From the human T2T-CHM13v2.0 reference genome, Homo sapiens: 64,000 nt of DNA. The translations under genes were made by a program, and so were the position numbers. The notes below the pieces were generated by a model. It saw only the letters and a program-made list of their open reading frames with translations, ran no database searches and had not been told where the DNA came from. The stretch lies in NCBI RefSeq assembly GCF_009914755.1, contig NC_060940.1; one strand, given 5' to 3'. Of the stretch, positions 25,789-42,232 are shown piece after piece (position 1 is the stretch's first letter; every line of letters starts with the position of its first letter).

Positions 25789-27309
25789 TCAGGGTGGATC
25801 TTGTCCTGAGGGACTCCTCCGAGTGACTGGAGTGGTGGTTGCATCCCGGAATGAGTGAGGCTTGTGACCTGGAGCTCCCAGACAAAACCTACTCACTCAA
25901 TGGAGCGTGTCCCGCATAAGGTGAGCTTTTTACGACTGCAGATTTGCTCTCCTGCCGAGGCAAGGCTGATAGCAGTGGCTCACTTCGTTGACTAAACTAA
26001 GGAAAACTGTGGGTGGCTTTGTCTGGTAACTGGGTTCACATCCCTCATAGGACTGATTCTAAAGTTGCCTTGCTCAGAGAGAAATGAAACGGGGCCGGGA
26101 TCCAGTGTAGAGAGAGCTTTGGCTGGCTGGCGGCGCGCAAGGCCGGACTGCACAGGTGGCAGGGGCGTGGTTGTCAAATAATCAAAATGATCAGGCACTT
26201 CAGGTCCCCGGGAAAGCGGGCACAGAGGTGGCCACCCCTGTTCCCCTCCTGGCACCATGATGGTCAGGACCGCCGGGAGCCCATGCCCACCTCCCTCAGC
26301 TCCCGTGGTGCGCCCGGGGGAAATGTGGTTGGAAATCGCGGCGGCCGGGCATGGTGGCTCACGCATGTAATCCCAGCACTTTGGGAGGCCGAAGTGGGAA
26401 TCGCTTGAGCCCAAGGAGTTCAAGCCCAGCCTGGACAACGTAGTGAAACCCCACCTCTGCAAAACAATTTTAAAAGTTAGCAGGGCGTGGTGGTGCGCGC
26501 CTGTGATCCAAGCTACTCCTGTGTCTGAGGCAGGAGGATCGCTTGAGCCTGTCTCAAATAAACAAAGGGCGGGGCGCGGTGGCTCACTCCTGTAATCCTA
26601 GCACTTTGGGAGGCCGAGGCGGGTGGATCACTTGAGGTCAGGAGTTCGAGACCAGCCTGGCCAAGATGGTGAAACCCCATTTCTACTAAAAATACAAAAA
26701 TTAGCCAGGCGCGGTGGCGGGCGCCTGTAATCCCAGCTACTCGGGAGGCTGAGGCAGGAGAATCGCTTGAACCCGGGAGGTGCCCCTGGCGACAGGGCAA
26801 GACTCTGTCTCAAAAGCAAACAAACAAATAAAAAACAGAAACGTACATGGGAATGGGGGAGGTTGTGTGCCTGTGGGGGCAGAGGAAAATTTGCAACTCT
26901 GCACTTCCCACCCAATTTTTCTGAGAACCTAAAACTGCTCTTAAGCTGTTTTTGTGTGTGTGTGGTTTTTTTTTTGTTTTTTTGTTTGTTTGTTTTTTCT
27001 GAGATGGAGTCTGGCTCTGTCGCCCAGGCTGGAGTGCAGAGGCGAGATCTCGGATCACTGCAACCTCTGCCTCCTGGGTTCAAGCAATTCTCTACCTCAG
27101 CTTCCTGAGTAGCTGGGATTACAGGCGCCTGCCACCATGCCCAGCTATTTTTTTTTTTTTTTTTTTTTTTTTGTATTTTTAGTAGAGACGGGGTTTCACC
27201 ATCTTGGCCAGGCTGGTCTTGAACTCCTGACCTCGTGATCCACCTGCCTTGTCCTCCTAAAGTGCTGGGATTACAGGTGTGAGCCACTGTATCTGGCCTG
27301 CTTTCGTTT

Positions 27310-27964
<655 letters not shown>

Positions 27965-28229
27965 TGATTCACCCACCTCGGCCTCCCAAAGTGCTGGGAT
28001 TACAGGCGTGAGCCCCCGCGCCTGCGCGCCTGGCCTGATTGACATTTTCAAGCTGGGATTTTCCAGCCTTTTAGAATGACCAGGTCTGCGCTGACAATCC
28101 CTGGCTGGGAGCAGGAGGGACTCCTGGGACTGCTCCCCTTGTGGACAAAGAGGAAGTTGGGCCGATGGCCGATGGCCGATGACGGCCAGGCCGCGAGGCT
28201 GCTGCTGGGCCCTGGGTCACAGGTCGAGG

Positions 28230-28701
28230 TGTCAGGCCTCTGAGCCTAAAGCTCAACCATTATAACCCCTGTGACCTGCACATATACGTGCAGATGGCCT
28301 GCAGGAGCCAAGAAGTCTGAAGAAGCCAAAAAAACCACAAAGAAGTATAACAGCCGGTTCCTGCCTTAAGTGATTAACCAACATTACAACATTCTACCAC
28401 TGTGACTTGTCCCTGCCCTACCTTGGCTGATCAATCGACTTTGTGACATTCTTCTTTTGGACAATAAATCTTATGACCTCCCTACCACATACCTTGTGAC
28501 CCCCTCCTCTGCTAACAATAGATAACCACCTTTTACTGTAATTTTCCATTACCTACCCAACTCCTACAAAGCAACCCCTTCCCCATCTCCCTTCGCTGAC
28601 TCCTTTTTCGGACTCAGTCCGCCTGCACCCAGGTGATTAAAAAAGTTTTACTGCTTACACAAAGCCTGTTTGGTGGTCTCTTCTCACAGATGTGCTTGAC
28701 A
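28230..28701 (+). mobile_element. Solo LTR7-family (HERV-H; LTR7C-like)
   Basis: Starts TGTCAGGCCTCTGAGCC; contains GGACTCAGTCCGCCTGCACCCAGGTGATTAAA; ends ...TGACA; GAGG duplicated on both sides. Confidence 0.85.
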
Positions 28702-29557
28702 GAGGCCGCCCTGCAGTTCCTGTTCCGATCTAAGGAAGGGAAGGGGAGGCGAGGAAGAACTGGGTCCCAAGACAAGAGGGTCCATTTCGTGAGGCACACA
28801 CTCAGGACAGACCCTACCCCGCTGCTCTACTCTTTCGCTTCAGTCCCTCCTTCCCGGCCTCCGCTGGCCCCCTGACCCCGCACTGATCATTAATGCAGAA
28901 GCAGCGCAGACCAGCAGCCGGGATCGCCGGTAATCCCAGCACTTTGGGAGGCGGAGGCGGGCGGATCACCTGAGGTCGGCAGTTCTGAGGTCGGCAGTTC
29001 GAGACCAGCCTGACCAACATGGAGAAACCTCTGTCATGAGCCGCTTGCCTCCACCGTGCATGCAGATCTGCAGGGGAGTGGGAAGAGGCAGGTTCTTTGG
29101 GTCATTTGAAACGGTTTGGAGATATGCAGAGGCTGGGCTCAATATTAAGTAGGAATTGGGATTTATATTGGCAGCGAAGCGTGGACCCAGGCCCCTTCGG
29201 ATCCGCACTTGGGCCCCAGAGAGAGGTTGTTCCTTTCCTCCCCGCCTCCCACTCAGGACCACCCATGGCTAATGGTCCCTGACTACAAATTCCACCTGAC
29301 TGGAGGCTCGGGTTTGAGGTTACACAACTCGCTGAGAAGGGGAGGATAGGGGCTCCCAGATGTCCGGAGACCCCGGCAGGGACTGTGCACCCAGCTGTCT
29401 GAATGCCAGAGGCCGGCTCCGCGGGTAGCCATCCCTGCACCACCTCCTCGGGACTAGAGTCACCACAGCCTTTGTTTTTTTGTTTTTGTTTTTGTTTTTG
29501 CAGCGCCTGTTTTGAGGATTCTGAGTATTAGGGTGGGAAGCAAGTATTATTACATCA

Positions 29558-29630
29558 GCCTGGCTAGCTCAGTCGGCAAAGCGTGAGACTCTTAATCTCA
29601 GGGTCGTGGGCTCGAGCTCCATGTTGGGCG
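29558..29630 (+). tRNA. Divergent tRNA-Lys(CTT), likely pseudogene
   Basis: 73 nt; ~7 substitutions including T54C (GCTCGA) and D-arm changes. Confidence 0.8.
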
Positions 29631-30062
29631 GAGCTTTTACCATTCTTGGTACACAGAATTCAGCATCATCGCAGGTGACCCAGTTTCCGAAGCTTGGCCC
29701 CTAACTGGAAGGTAAAGTTTCATTGAGTCCCAACTCAATCTGTGTCCCCATCAGAGGTTTCAAGGCCTCCTCCCAAATTCATCAATCTGACCACTGGACT
29801 GCTGTGTTATCTCTCACAGCCGGTGTCCGAGAACCAGAGTCTCTTAGGGAAAAGGAATAGGAGATTTGCACCCCAGGAAGGTCTGTCTGCTCACCCTAGG
29901 CTGGGGTAGAGAACCTGGATCCCTTTACGTTAGCACAAGACCCAAAGTTTCCTTCCCTCCCCCAGGAGACTCAGTCCCAGGGCTGGAGGTGGATGTGCTG
30001 CTTCCAAGTTCAGCCAAGGGAGAAGGGCCCTCCCACCCAGTTCAGCTGAGACTGTGGGTCAA

Positions 30063-31050
30063 TGTAGGGGCCAGCCCTACAGGGTCTGTGGGGTTTTCTC
30101 CCCATGTATGTAGATGAGAGACCATAGAAATAAAGACACAAGACAAAGAGATAAAAGAAAAGACAGTTGGGCCCCAGGGGGACCACCACCACCAAGACGC
30201 GGAGACCGGTAGTGGCCCCGAATGCCAGGCTGCCCTGTTATTTATTGGATACAAGGCAAGGGGGCAGGGTAAGGAGTGTGAGCCATCTCCAGTGATAGGT
30301 GAGGTCACGTGGGTCACATGTCCACTGGACGGGGCCCTTCCCTGTATGGCACCCGAGGAGGAGAGAGAGAGAGGAAAGACAGCTTACGCCATTATTTCTG
30401 CATTTTAGAGGCTTTTAATACTTTCACTAATTCTGCTACTGCTATCTAGAAGGCAGAGCCAGGTGTACAGGATGGAACATGAAAGTGGACCAGGAGCGTG
30501 ACTGCTGAAGCACAGCATCACAGGGAGACGGTTAGGCCTCCAGACCTGACTAATGTCAGGCCCTCCACAGGAGATGGTGGAGTAGAGTCTTCTCTCTAAA
30601 CTCCCCCGGGGAAAGGGAGACTCCCTTTCCCGGTCTGCTAAATAGCGGGTGCTTTTCCTTGGCACTGACGCTATCACTAGACCACGGTCTGCTTGGTAAC
30701 TTCCGTCTTCCCAGACGCTGGCGTTACCGCTAGACCAAGGAGCCCTCTGGTGGCCCTGTCTGGGCATAACAGAAGGCTCACGCTTGTCTTCTGGTCACTT
30801 CTCACCATGTTCCTCCAGCTCCTATCTCTGTATGGCCTGGTTTTTCATAGGTTATGATTGTAGAGCGAGGATTATTATAATATTGGAATAAAGAGTAATT
30901 ACTACAAACTAATGATTAATCATACTTATATATAGTCATATCTATGATCTATATCTAGTATAACTCTTGTTATTTTATATATTTTATTATACTGGAACAG
31001 CTCGTGCCCTCGGTCTCTTGCCTCGGCACCTGGGTGGCTTGCCGCCCACT
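30063..31050 (-). mobile_element. Solo LTR13 (HERV-K/HML-4 type)
   Basis: Minus strand begins GTGGGCGGCAAGCCACCCAGGTGCCGAGG; 6-bp TSD GGTCAA at 30057-62 and 31051-56. Confidence 0.88.
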
Positions 31051-31188
31051 GGTCAACATGGAGAGACCACCTCCCACCTGCTCCACAATCCCCCGGCTAA
31101 CTCAGGCTCTTGGGAGAGACACCAGGGCCCCAGAAACCAGTATGACCCAGCCATTACTTATCTCTCTCACTGTTTGGATGGTGGCCCT

Positions 31189-31675
31189 TGTTATTAGGAG
31201 ACCAGGAGTGCAGCCACCCAGTCCCTCCAAAACATGCCTAACAGGTTTTTTGGAGGCGAAGGCAACCCTGTGTAGGATGTTAATCCACCATAAAGATTTC
31301 TCATTAATCCCACTTCTGGGACAGCCTCTAAGTATTCCAGTTCATCTATTGTTTCTTGTGTAAGACTAACCATAAATTCTGCCCTTAGGTCAAAACAACC
31401 TTGCTGCTATTGCATTTACCATAAATCTTGCCCTTAAGCAAGTGCCTTAAACATTCCTTGTGAAGCACATACACCCTTTCCCTGTGGTATGTAGACCCTG
31501 GGTCTGGGCGGTAAAGGCATGGAGACCCACTATCTTGTCTCCCTGCCACGAGAGACCCAGAAGTGGATTCTGTTCATAAGTCCCTAATAAATGTTTCTTT
31601 CCTAAGAAAGATGATTTGTCAGTGTTTTTCTTCAGCCTGGCACCTTCCTTGGACTCTGGGTGTAGGTTTGCATTA
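31189..31675 (+). mobile_element. ERV1 LTR (MER34/MER39-like)
   Basis: GGAGACCAG..GCCACC start; CCTTAGGTCAAAACAACCTTG; CCCTAATAAATGTTTC poly(A) region. Confidence 0.55.
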
Positions 31676-32231
31676 TGGTTGTAACCAGCCAAGGTGTGTC
31701 TTTGGAATGGGAGTCAAACCTTGATCTCTGGGCTTTAGAGTGGCTTTGGACACATTTCCCAGTGGGGGTGCTGAGGCAGTCTGGGGGCCCTGAGGAAGGC
31801 AGATCAGAGGCTGGGACAAAAGGCTACAGGCACCTCACCAGCGCAGGTCCCAATAATGCAGCACCATCGCCTCAGCCTCTGGTCAGAGTTCGAATCCCAC
31901 CTCGAGGATGTTGGCTCTTGGGGCCTTATAACCATGACCTTGTGTCACAGCGATACATGGGGAATGGGGTTGGGGTCACTTGTATCCTTGGCCTGTGAGG
32001 GTTGCAGAGCCAGGGGTGGATTGCGGACTGGTGCCCACTCTTCTGTCCGAAGCTATCAATCCTGGACATTTTTCAGGGAGGGGATAGGGCTATCCTGTGA
32101 TTGTCATTGAGTCTTTTTAGAAAGATTGGAGCTATCAGGCCGGGCGTGGTAGCTCACGCCTGTAATCCCAGCACTTTGGGAGGCCGAGGCGGGCGGATCA
32201 CGAGGTCAGGAGATCAAGACCATCCTGGCTA

Positions 32232-32543
<312 letters not shown>

Positions 32544-33531
32544 TCATCATATTAACAGAATAAAAAAGAAGCTATGTGGTGATCTTAATGTTTGGAAGGG
32601 CGCTTGATGCAATTCACACCTGCATTAATCGTTTGTTTGTTTTAGAGGCAGAATCTTGCTCTGTCACCCAGGCTGGAGTGCAGTGGTGCAATCTCCACTC
32701 ACTGCAACCTCCACCTGCCGGGTTCAAGCAATTCTCTCTGCCTCAGCCTCTCGAGTAGCTGGAGTAGCTAGGATTACAGGTGCCCACCACACCAGGCTAA
32801 TTTTTGTATTTTTAGTGGAGTTGGGGTTTCACTATGTTGGCCAGGCTTCTCTCGAACTCCTGACCTCAGGTGAGCCTCGGCCTCCCAAAATGCTGGGATT
32901 ACAGGCATGGGCCACCGTGACCAGCCAGAATCTTACTTTGTTACCCAGGCTGCAGCATGGTGGTGAGAACACAGCTCACTGCAGCCTCAACCTTCTCAGC
33001 TCAAGCAATACTCCCACCTCATGCACCAGCTAATTTTTTTGTGTGTTTTCTGTAGAGATGGGGCCTCACTATGTTGCTTAGGCTGGTCTCAAACTCCTGA
33101 GCTCAAGGGATCGTCTTGTGAGACATTGCGTCCAGCCAATTATTTTCCTTCTTTGCTTCAACTCCCATCAGTTACCAGTTCCTGGACTGGAATGCTGTTC
33201 TTCCTCCTCTTTCTTGACTGGCCCCGTATTTTCTCTCCTGTCTCAGCTTAAATGTCACTCCTAGACTCATTGTTCCCATGTCAGGAACTCATCTATATAT
33301 GACAACACCCTTATGACAGCCTGTAATTTTTGAAAGTCTATTCATTTTATTTTATTTTTCCAAGACAGGGTCTTGCTTTGTTGCCCAGGCTGGAGTGCAG
33401 TGGTGTGATCGTAGCTAACTGCAGTCTCAGCCTCCTGGACTCAGGAATTCTCCTACCTCAGATTTCCAAGTAGCTGAAACAACAGACTTGTGCCACCACA
33501 CCCAGCTAATTTTATTTATTTATTTAGATGA

Positions 33532-33726
<195 letters not shown>

Positions 33727-34301
33727 TAAGTCCTGACCTCTAGTGATCCACCCGCCTCAGCCTCCCAAAGTCCTGGGGTTACACGCATGAGCCACCGTAG
33801 CCGGCCTGATTGATTTATTTAAATTTAGCTACCGGGTCTTTCTATGTTGCCCAGGATGGTCTTGAGCTCCTGGGATCAAGTGATCCTCCCTCCTCGGCCT
33901 CCCAAAATGCTGGAATTACAGATGTGCATCATTGGGCCAGCCTATTTACTTTTTATTTTAAAACAATTATAGATTCACAGTAAGTGGTCAAAAAGAAAAA
34001 AAAAATACAGAAAACTCTTGTGTAGCATTCACCCAGTATCCCCTAAGACTTCCATAACTGTGGCTCAGCATCAATGCCAGAAAATGAACACTGGCTGTTT
34101 TTCAAAGGTATTTTTCTTGGTTATTGTCAATCTTCACTTTGAACTGTGTGCTCTTTATTTTGTGCCCACCAAAAAATTAGATGCATGCTTTAACACACGA
34201 CGCCTATGATCTTTGAGAATAAAAAATTTGACTCCATGTAGATAAATCTAGACCTGACTTGTTCTTTTTCATTTTATTTTATTTTATTTTAGTTTATTTG
34301 A

Positions 34302-34490
<189 letters not shown>

Positions 34491-35570
34491 TAGGTTGGTC
34501 TCATTCCCGACCTCAAATGATCTGCCCGCCTAGGCCTCCCAAAGTGCTGGGATTACAGGCATGAGCCACCCTGCCCAGCTTGACTTGTTCTTTTTTGTTT
34601 GTTTGTTTGTTTGTTTTTGAGACGAAGTCTTGCTCTGTCACCAGGCTGGAGTGCAGTGGCCCCATCTCAGCTCACTGCAACCACCACCTCCGGATTCAAG
34701 CGATTCCCCTGCTTCAGCCTCCCGAGTAGCTGAGACTACAGGCATGCACCACCATGCCTGGCTAATTTTTTGTATTTTTAGTAGAGATGGGGGTTTCACC
34801 ATGTTGGGCAGGCTGGTCTTGAACTCCTGACCTCGTGATCCGCCCGCCTCGGCCTCCCAAAGTGCTGGGATTACAGGCGTGAGCTACCGCGCCCGGCCGA
34901 CTTGTTCTTTTTTAAAGAATTAAAATATGGTCTGGGTCTTTTACTTTGGAAGAGGGGTGTTAACTTCAGAACTGTCCTAGGTTCAGTTCAGATCCCCGCG
35001 AGGGAAGGGGATTAAAGAGAGAAGGAAGTTGAGCCTCTGAGCCCATTGCGCCCCGGAATCTGGGAGGCGGCGTGACCAGGTGCCCGGGTTCCATCCGCTG
35101 GGGCTGGGCAGCCCCCCTGCCCCCGCCCAGTACAGAGGCTCCTGCCGGGGGAGGCGTCCATCGCGTTCGCTTACTTCTCTAGACCAACAAGCGAGGGACG
35201 CGGAGACTGAGTTGGCTGCGGCCACCGGGTCCCCGGACACCGTCTTCATTCACTCCCACCCTCAGTCAAGCACCTGTACCCGCAGTCCTTTCCTAAAAGA
35301 AGAAAAACGGCCGGTCGCGCGCTGTCCAGAGTACTCAGTCCTGGATCCAGGAGGTGGCTGGCGGTGAGCTGATTTCCGGGTTCTTAAACCCGGGCCCGGG
35401 GCCCAAGGCCCCGCCTGGTGGGGTCTCATCCTGCAGTTTGAGAAACCGAAGAAGGTAGGAGAGGGAGGAAGCGCCGGCTTTGCCTGTGAAAGATTCTTTC
35501 ATTCGCTCCATTCTTGTTCTTGCGCGCTGGATTTACCAGGCTAACAAACAACAGCTGATCACGGCAGGCT

Positions 35571-35641
35571 GGGCTCCTCTGGGACTCGCACCGGGGCCTC
35601 TCGCACCCAAAGCGAGAATCATACCTCTAGACCAACAGGCC
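35571..35641 (-). pseudogene. Degenerate tRNA-Pro(TGG)
   Basis: 71 nt; anticodon arm intact; T loop GGTGCGAGTC and acceptor stem mutated. Confidence 0.85.
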
Positions 35642-36659
35642 TCGGTGGCGGGAAGCACCATCTTTGCTCCTCCACTCCCTCACCCCCCTCCCGCCCCGCG
35701 CCTTATCTTTCTGGAACCCAAGACTTCGTATTCTCCGCTCTCCATAAACGTCGATGCCAGCTCTAGGAGCGTGGCCGGGAGCCCACGATCGCGGCAGCGA
35801 GAAGCCCAACCAGAGGGGAGGAGGGAGTCCCCGGAGTGGGACAGCGCTCAGGTCTGGGGTGGGGTTGATCTAGGGCAAAATAGGGCGGGCGGCCTGTGGC
35901 GATGGGCAGGACCCTCTCGCCCACCACACGCGGAACTCGCTGGATCCTCTCCACATCCAGGCCGCGTCCACTGGCTTTCCAACCTGCTCAGGTCCTTAAA
36001 GAAGGATTCAAAAGGTGTTGCGGTATTGGCCCAACAGGATTTGACCCTGAGGCCCACTCTCACCCTAATCATAACCGCAAAACCACCAGCGCCTGGAGAG
36101 AGAGTGAGAGAGAAACAGAAACGGAGCGAGTGTGTGTCGCTGTGATGCCCTTTGCCGTCGCTGCTCATCCCCAGTGACCTCCTGGAACTTTTTCAGCTCT
36201 TGCTGACAGAGGAAGACACGGGGGCAGAGCTAACGTCTGAGTCAGGGCAGAGGCGCTGGGCTCCATCCGAGGGAGGCTATGGGGGCGCCTCTGGGATGGA
36301 GCCAACCACCGGCGCAGTCGGATGAAAGGTGGGCTGGCCGCTCAGCCATCCTCCTAGGGCAAGGCCTTGGGTATGAGTCAGCAGCCCCAGGTGTGAGCGC
36401 AGACCCGGTAACCCCGGCGCAGGGGAAAATACAGCGGGGAGCCCCAGGCTGCAGGCCTGACCCTGAGCATCCCCTACCAAGCCCAGTGTGGATGGGCTCT
36501 GTCTCCAAGGGGCTGGTTCACCAGGGTCTCCCCGCAGCGACCCCAGAATTCTGCCAATCACTTGGGGACGGCGATGAGCTCTATCCACTTCGGAATCAGC
36601 CGATTTGTGCCGGATTGGTGGCAGGTGTCTGAAATGTCAGCGGAAATACACGCACGGGA

Positions 36660-36731
36660 GGCTCGTTGGTCTAGGGGTATGATTCTCGCTTCGGGTGCGA
36701 GAGGTCCCGGGTTCAAATCCCGGACGAGCCC
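36660..36731 (+). tRNA. TRP-CGG1-2: tRNA-Pro(CGG)
   Basis: Canonical 72 nt; TT-CGG-GT; TTTT downstream. Confidence 0.97.
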
Positions 36732-38964
36732 TAGAAGTGGTTACTTTTCCCTTGTCATTTTAGAGAATATAGAGCTAGAAAATCGGGGACCGAGCCTGAA
36801 GCCTCAACTACCAGTCGCGTTGCTCCGCTTCAGGTCGGTCCAGGTCTGTGCCTCAGCTACAAGGGACAAGGATGCTCCTGAGGCTGGCCTGGTCGGCACT
36901 TGCCTCAGCCTCGAGGGAGCCCCGCGCCCTTCTCCTTCCCAACCCCAGACCAGAGAAGCTGTACCCTCTGCAGCCCGGGTCGCTCAGCTCCACATGGGCT
37001 CCGGGTATGGTGGAGGCCGGTGGTTGGGTTCTGAGTGATCGAGTAGTGTGCACGGTCTGGGCGGGCCCTGGAGAGCTACTCGTTCCTCGACCTCCCCTCC
37101 CCGCCCTAGAAACCCACATCTCTGCAGGCCAAGGCGGAGTCACAGATGAAGCTCGTTGAGAGCAGGTCAAAGCTGCCTGACCCGATGGCCCCCTGCTGCG
37201 CTAGCCAGGAAGGTGCCCAGGAGCCACATATGGCTCTTAAACACTTGAAATATGGCTGGTCCCCTTGAGATGTGCTGCTGTGAGTACAAAATACACATCG
37301 GGATTTTGAAGACTTCGTACCAAAAAAATAAGATATCTCATTCTCTCATTACACATGGAAATTAGATTTCGTGTCTACAGTATTGAATAATATACACACA
37401 TATGAAAAACATATGTTTTATATCTAAACATATATATTTTATATGTGTTTATATATTATATGTAGTATATATGTATCATATAATTATATTAATAATATGA
37501 TTATATCATAATAATATAATTGTATTATATAATTATACTTTTCTTTGAGAAGGTGTCGCTCTGTTGCCAGGCTGGAGTGCATTGGCACCATCTCGGCTCA
37601 CTGCAACCTGTGCCTCCAGGGTTCAAGAGATTCTCCTTCCTCAGCTTCTGAGTAGCTGGGAGTATAGGTGGGTGCCACCACGCCTGGCTAAATTTTTTTT
37701 TTTTGAGACGGACTCTCACTGTGTCTCCCAGGCTGGAGTGCAGCAGTGCGATCTTGGTTGGCTCACTGTAACCTCCGCCTCCTGGGTTCAAGTGATTCTC
37801 CTGCCTCAGCCTCCTGAGTAGCCGGGATTACAGGCGCCCGCCACCACACCTGGCTAATGTTTTGTACTTTTAGCAGAGACAGGGTTTCACCACATTGACC
37901 AGGCTGGTCTCAAACTTCTGACCTCGTGATCTGCCCACCTCGGCCTCCCAAAGTGCTGGGATTACAGGCGTGAGCCACCGCGCCCAGCTATTTTATTATT
38001 ATTATTATTATTTGAGACAGAGTCCCTGTCACCCAGGCTGGAGTGCAATGGTGTGATCTTGGCTCACTGAAACCTCTGCCTCCCGGGTTCAAGTGATTCA
38101 CGTGCCTCAGGCTCCCGAGTAGCTGGGACTACAGGGACTCAACAGCACTCCCGGCTAATTTTTTGTATTTTTAGTAGAGACAGGGTTTCACCATGTTGGC
38201 CAGGCTGGTCTCGAACTTCTGACCTCAGGTGATCCGCCAGCCTCGGCCTCCCAAAGTGCTGGGATTACACGTATGAGCCGCTGCTCCCGGCCTCGGACAG
38301 TTCTTTTAGGGGTAGAGGGAAAGATGACAGGACCAGGCTCCCCATCCCTCATCTGCACCCCACAAACATGGACCCACAAAATTGAGGCTCTCAAAGGCCC
38401 CAGCTTACACATCTGTAATGTGAGGATAATGGCAATTAAAAGATTAATTCGAGTATTAAAATTTCTTCATGTTTTGGTAAAGCATGTAGAACAGTGCTTG
38501 AAGACTTCCACATTAACTCTTGGCTGCCCAGCCTATACATTTCAGACTTGCCCGATCACATGTGCCAATTCATTTAAATAAATCTAGTAAAAATAGCAAC
38601 ACATCCATGCACGTGTACACATAAGCGTCATCCGTCTCAAGTATCTCTTCTAATGGTTTTGTTTCTTCTTTCCAGAGCCTAGCTGATACAGCAAATCCTC
38701 CAGGTGTTTGGTATGGTGATTCACCAGCCCAAGAAGAAGTAAAAAAACGGAAAGCCCAGGTCGAAGCCCCAGTGCTGGGGCTGAACGTGAGGGGTCACCC
38801 CATACACACTCCCCTCTCGCTGCTGGAAAAACCTGCTGAGGTTAGAGCTGCCCTCAGCCCCTCCCACTTTTTCTTTTCTTTTTTAAACTGCTCGTTTCCT
38901 GTCCGGATAGCCTTCCTCCGGGCGGCAAGGCCCGACCACCACGGCAGCATAACAGCCTGCCCCA

Positions 38965-39045
38965 GTCTGGCTAGCTAGGTGGGTCGAGATGAGACTCCAC
39001 TCCCCCCACCCCTTACTCTCAGGCATGTGACTTGAGCCCTCTCAG
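38965..39045 (+). pseudogene. tRNA-Lys relic with C-rich insertion in the anticodon loop
   Basis: GTCTGGCTAGCT..ATGAGACT[CCACTCCCCCCACCC]CTTACTCTCAGG..TTGAGCCC. Confidence 0.5.
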
Positions 39046-40302
39046 GCATCTCCCTTAAACCTTGGACGTAGGGTTTGAGGGGCGCCCCCTCCTGGCTGAA
39101 CTCTGGGGTCCTGGAAGAAATAGGACCTCAGCGTGGAGTGAGAACAGAAGAGCCAGGAAAAACAGAGTCCACGGAGCGCCTGAAGCCGCCGCCCGCACAG
39201 CCCTGCCAAGGAGGAGACTCGAACCTGGGGAGATGCAAGTGCTGAGGGCTCAGGGGGGGATTCTTTTTTTTTTTTTTAATTTTTATTTTTTCTGAGACAG
39301 GGTCTTGCCCTGTTGCCGAAGCTGGAGTGCGATGGTGCAATCATAGCTCACTGCAGCCTCAGCTTCCCGAGTAACTGGGACTCCAGGCGCGCGCCACCAC
39401 GCCCGTCTAATGTTTAAATTTTTATTTTTTGTAGAGACGGGTGTCTCGCTATATTGCCCAGGCTGGTCCCCAACCCCTGGGCTCAAGCGATCCTACCCCC
39501 TCGGCCTTCCAAAGTACTGGGATCACAGGCGTGAGCCACCGAACCTGGCTAGGGAATTCTTCTTCAGCCGAACAGCAGCGGCAAAGGCTAAGGGTCCTAG
39601 AAAGGAACGGGAAACCGTCACCTGCCCAGGTGGGACGCGAGGCAAGGAACCCAGCGCAGGAGGCCGCTGGGTCACGGAGGTTTCCTGTCTGCTTCCCGCC
39701 GTCACTGCCGGCCGCCTCCCACCTTCTCCCGGCCCCCTGCAACCCAGCCCACCCCAGCCCACCTCCCCCTGGTGGGGACACGGTTTTCTTTCCGGGGTGC
39801 CTCGCAGTTCCTGCAGTCCCTCCCTCTTCCCCACCCCCACCCCCATCCTTTGGGCAGGAGTCACAACAATTTCTTGCTCCAGTTTGGCAGCTGCGGCTCT
39901 GTGCCACACCCTCCAACGGGGCTGGATGCCCAGGGTCTGCTGCCTCCATGGGATCTGGCTGGGCTCGAAGTCGGGGCTCAGCAAAGGTATTTCGTGTGAA
40001 CGAGGAATCCACGGGTCAGACCCGCTTCCACAGCCCTGAGTCGGGGCGGGTGCCAGGGCCAGTCACCCTGACACTCAGGAGGTGCCGGCCTGTGGGGCGT
40101 CCGCGGGTGGGCCTCTGACGCAGAGAAAGACCCAGATCCAGCTACCTCGGGGGCCTCCTGCTGCGCCTCGCCTTTGGGGCAGGCCTGAGGGCAACGCTTA
40201 CTGCGGAGCAACTGTGTTCTACAGTGTAGTCCCGACACTGAAGACTCCTGGTCCTGGACTCTGCTGTAATCTAGAAATCCACTAAGGTAACGTTGGCGTG
40301 TC

Positions 40303-40375
40303 GCCCGGCTAGCTCAGTCGGTAGAGCATGAGACTCTTAATCTCAGGGTCGTGGGTTCGAGCCCCACGTTGGGCG
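40303..40375 (+). tRNA. TRK-CTT2-5: tRNA-Lys(CTT)
   Basis: Canonical 73 nt; T5 terminator. Confidence 0.97.
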
Positions 40376-40616
40376 ATTCCTTTTTACTGCGAGCCTCACC
40401 CGCAAGGATAGCATTGTGAGTTTCTGTTCCAACTGGGTCAATTTTCTTCTCTCAGCCATCTGCCCCTGGCGATGCAAGACTTGGTGAAAGCAGATGCCTG
40501 CTCATCCCAGGAAACCATCCTGGAGTGGGGTTTCACTACTCCTGACCTCAGGTGATCTACCTGACTCAGCCTCCCAAAGTGCTGGGATTAAAGACGTGAG
40601 CCACCGCGCCTGCCCT

Positions 40617-40961
40617 GAATTTCCTCTTCTTGTAAGGACTCCAGTCATATTGGATTAAGGCCCATCCTAATAACCTCATTTTGTCTTAATTACCTCTTTA
40701 AATACCCAGTCTCCAAATACAGCCACATTCTGAGGGACTGAGAGTTAGAACTTCAACATATGGATGGTGGACAGTCACAACTCAGCTCATTAAAGTGAAC
40801 ATTGTGTACATGGTTTAGTATGAACATATGTCTTAAATTTCCTTGAGCATAGGAGTGGAATTCCACTTAGGAATGGAATTTTGGGGTCATTTGGTAGTTC
40901 TGTGTTTAACATTTTGAGGCTATTATTCACAGTGGCTGGATTATTTTATATTCCCACCAGC
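40617..40961 (-). mobile_element. 5' half of MLT1(B-like) LTR plus upstream L1M fragment
   Basis: Minus strand: L1 ...TGTACACAATGTTCA, then MLT1 ...CCTTACAAGAAGAGGAAATT, then an Alu head. Confidence 0.75.
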
Positions 40962-41050
40962 CTGACTGAGGGCTCGTGTCCTAGAAAAGTAGTAATAGAT
41001 TTACATAGATATTTTGCATCAAAAAATATTTATTCTGAGATTATACTTAA

Positions 41051-41239
<189 letters not shown>

Positions 41240-41513
41240 TGAGGCAGAAAAATCGCTTGAACCCGGAAGGTGAAGGTTGCAGTGAGCCGAGATCGCGCGC
41301 CACTGCACAGCAGCCTGGGCAACAGAGCGAGACTCCGTCTCAAAAAACAAAACAAAACACAACAAAAAACAAATGGAAACAATCTACTTGCCCCAAAATA
41401 GGGCATAGATTAAATGAAATTATCATAAATCCAAAATGGAGGATAATGTCATAAAAAATAATGTTATATAATGATGATCCCATGTGTGTAAAACTCTAGA
41501 AAATGCAAAATAA

Positions 41514-42232
<719 letters not shown>

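Noticed and set aside
39410-40118. Overlapping 150-225-aa ORFs in a GC-rich block
   Set aside because: Alu-derived termini, no domain, low complexity; CpG-island artefact.
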